Shown here: one piece after another, positions 34,676-36,535 of the stretch
Layout of the letters: each line of letters begins with the position of its first letter
How positions within the stretch are numbered: the first letter of the stretch is position 1
DNA from: a virus
Lineage: Duplodnaviria; Caudoviricetes
DNA length: 36,535 nt
Virus record (IMG/VR): IMGVR_UViG_3300031949_000107
Coordinates: 1 to 36,535 of that record
Reading direction: 5' to 3' (one strand)
The notes under the pieces: model-generated
What the model saw: only the letters and a program-made list of their open reading frames with translations
What the model was told of the DNA's origin: nothing
Database searches by the model: none
Position numbers and translations under genes: made by a program

Positions 34676-35835
34676 GAGAACGTGTAGACCTATTCTTTCG
34701 GGACGAGCAGAGCGACAAAACCTATTCGATCTGGAAGCAGGACACGCCCGAGGGCGTGGTCGTTCAGGTCAGGTTCGGGCGGCGGGCGCAGACTCAGCAG
34801 CAATGGGATTCTGGAACGCTGACCGTCGAGGCCGCAGAGAAGCTCTACACGTCCAAGCTGAACGAGAAGCTGCGGAAGCGGTACAAAGCCGCCGAAACAA
34901 CTCAGGATAAGGTGGATGCCATCGCAGCCCACTTTCAGGCCGCGCCAGCCAAGGCCGGCCCGGTTGACCTATTGGACCCGCGTCAGGTTGCCAGCGTCGC
35001 GCAGAGACGGGCGCGCGAGGCTCAGGAGACCGCCACAGCGTCCCCGGTCACGTCCTACCCTCCAGAGCTCCTAACTCCCATAGAGGACCGCGAGGCGGGC
35101 CGCTACATCGTTGACCCGCGCTATTTGGCCCAGGACAAGCGGAACGGCCATCGGCGGCTTGTGGTGAAGAATCTGGCCGGGGTCTACGGCATCACCCGTC
35201 CGGGACGGGTCGTTGACCTGCCGGACGGACTGGCGTCTGACCTACGCAAGCTGCCGTTCGACGTGGTGGTGATGGACGGCGAGCTCGAGGGCGACAAGTT
35301 CATCGCGTTTGATCTCCTGAATCTCGATGACGAGCTCGGCGGTCACTCTTACGAGGAGCGGTTCAAGATGCTGGTGGACCTGCTCCGCTATGGCTTGCCG
35401 CACGTCAAGGCGGTTGAGACGGCCAAGAGCGAAGCGGACAAGGAAGCCCTATGCCGTCGCCTCGCCACGGAGAAGGCCGAGGGCATCGTTTTCAAACTGA
35501 GGACCGGAACCTACCGGGCCGGGCGGAACGGTCAGCACATGAAATGGAAGTTCTGGAAAACGGCGACCGTCCGCATCTCGAAGCCCCGCGCCACGGGCAA
35601 GGATTCCGCAATGATTCAACTGCTCGACGGCGCAAAGTGGCGCGAGGTCGGGCACGTCAGCCTGATTGGGAAGCCAGTGGTCGAGGACGGGACGCTGGTC
35701 GAGGTCAAATACCTCTACGCGACGCGGGCGAAGAAGGTGGTACAGGCGACTATCCTCATGGTCCGCGACGACGTACCGGAGTCCTCTTGCACACTGGCGC
35801 AGCTGGTAATCAACCGCGACGAGGAGGCCGCATGA
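34672..35835 (+). CDS. WGR-like domain fused to an ATP-dependent DNA ligase
   Basis: N-terminal SDK.Y.I.........RFGR...K..EKL.K.Y. Ligase motifs K-x-NG-x-R, DGE, AFDLL, EGIVFK, KWK, then an OB-fold segment (VEVKYL...R.D). Confidence 0.85.
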   Translation: MRERVDLFFRDEQSDKTYSIWKQDTPEGVVVQVRFGRRAQTQQQWDSGTLTVEAAEKLYTSKLNEKLRKRYKAAETTQDKVDAIAAHFQAAPAKAGPVDLLDPRQVASVAQRRAREAQETATASPVTSYPPELLTPIEDREAGRYIVDPRYLAQDKRNGHRRLVVKNLAGVYGITRPGRVVDLPDGLASDLRKLPFDVVVMDGELEGDKFIAFDLLNLDDELGGHSYEERFKMLVDLLRYGLPHVKAVETAKSEADKEALCRRLATEKAEGIVFKLRTGTYRAGRNGQHMKWKFWKTATVRISKPRATGKDSAMIQLLDGAKWREVGHVSLIGKPVVEDGTLVEVKYLYATRAKKVVQATILMVRDDVPESSCTLAQLVINRDEEAA

Positions 35836-36535
35836 AGCAGACCTCGCTCGAGTACCCGAAGTCTCTCTCGGAGAAACACAAGCCGCACAACATCTGGAAC
35901 GACGCAGCGAACGGAGTAGACGCGATGTGGTGCGTGGGCGACCGTGAGGCCGCTTGGCATCGTCTCGGACAGCGGACCGCCGATGCTCAGAACTGGCAAG
36001 CGGCGATGAAACTGGCCGGGCTCGATTGGGATGTCAGACGGACGGCGCCTTCCTCGGCGCTGTGGGTCCGAGCTACACTCCGATTCAGAACCGCACCGCC
36101 TTCGACTTCGTGGACACGCTCCTCGAAGCGCAGGACGGCGCACACTACGAGAGCGCGGGCGCTCTCGGACACGGTGAGAGGATTTGGACCTTGGCGCGAG
36201 TGCCCTACGACATCACGATCAAGGGCACGGACGACAAGAGCTTGGTCTATCTCCTGTTCACCACGGCGCACGATGGGAGCCAGGCGGCGACCTGCAAGCT
36301 GTCGACAGTGCGGGTGGTCTGCATGAACACGCTGAACGCGGCGCTCTCTGGCGCTGGCGCGGCGATGAAGGTCCGCCACACGAAGGACGCGGCGGTCAAG
36401 ATGCTCCAGGCGAAGAAGGCGATGACCGGGGTCATGCTGGACGCGAAGATGCTCGAGGAGAAGCTGAACCTCTTGGCGACGCGGCGGCTGACCAAGGACA
36501 CGATGCTCACGGTTCTGGACCGCCTCTTTCCCAAG
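35832..36535 (+). pseudogene. DUF932-family phage/plasmid protein, frameshifted at about 36036 and cut by the window end
   Basis: Frame A reads AWHRLG...AGLDWDV. The -1 frame continues TDGAFLGAVGPSYTPIQN..AFDF.D...YESAGAL..G.RIW...HDGS...RVVCMNTL...RHT. Confidence 0.8.

Noticed and set aside
1-36535. tRNA, rRNA, integrase/att sites and host assignment
   Set aside because: None is recognisable by eye. The host can only be inferred as a probable GC-rich diderm, from the lipoprotein and spanin-like genes.

Overview
This window is a co-oriented (+ strand), GC-rich segment of a tailed dsDNA phage or prophage of siphovirus type. It runs from the terminase C-terminus through an HK97-type head module (portal, ClpP-like protease, major capsid protein), neck genes, tail tube, frameshift-type tail chaperones and tape measure. 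An RcGTA-like tail tip (DUF2460 / DUF2163 / NlpC-P60 / large tip protein), fibres and an expanded lysis/membrane cluster follow. A rho-independent terminator and a near-consensus sigma70 promoter then open a probable early operon (HNH, WGR-fused ATP-dependent ligase, frameshifted DUF932). Two insertions in the neck region are the most unusual content. (1) A translationally coupled five-gene cassette: GT2, GT4, a nucleotidyltransferase-methyltransferase fusion, a methyltransferase and a GT-A-like gene. (2) Three fibre/decoration-like genes that each carry an N-terminal export-type hydrophobic segment and cysteines, one with 19 Ser/Thr-rich 20-aa repeats. Together they suggest a virion or host-surface glyco-decoration system involving exported proteins; this is inference. 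Four free-standing homing-endonuclease genes are present, one with a hairpin that sequesters its Shine-Dalgarno. All family assignments come from motif recognition by eye, not from database searches.
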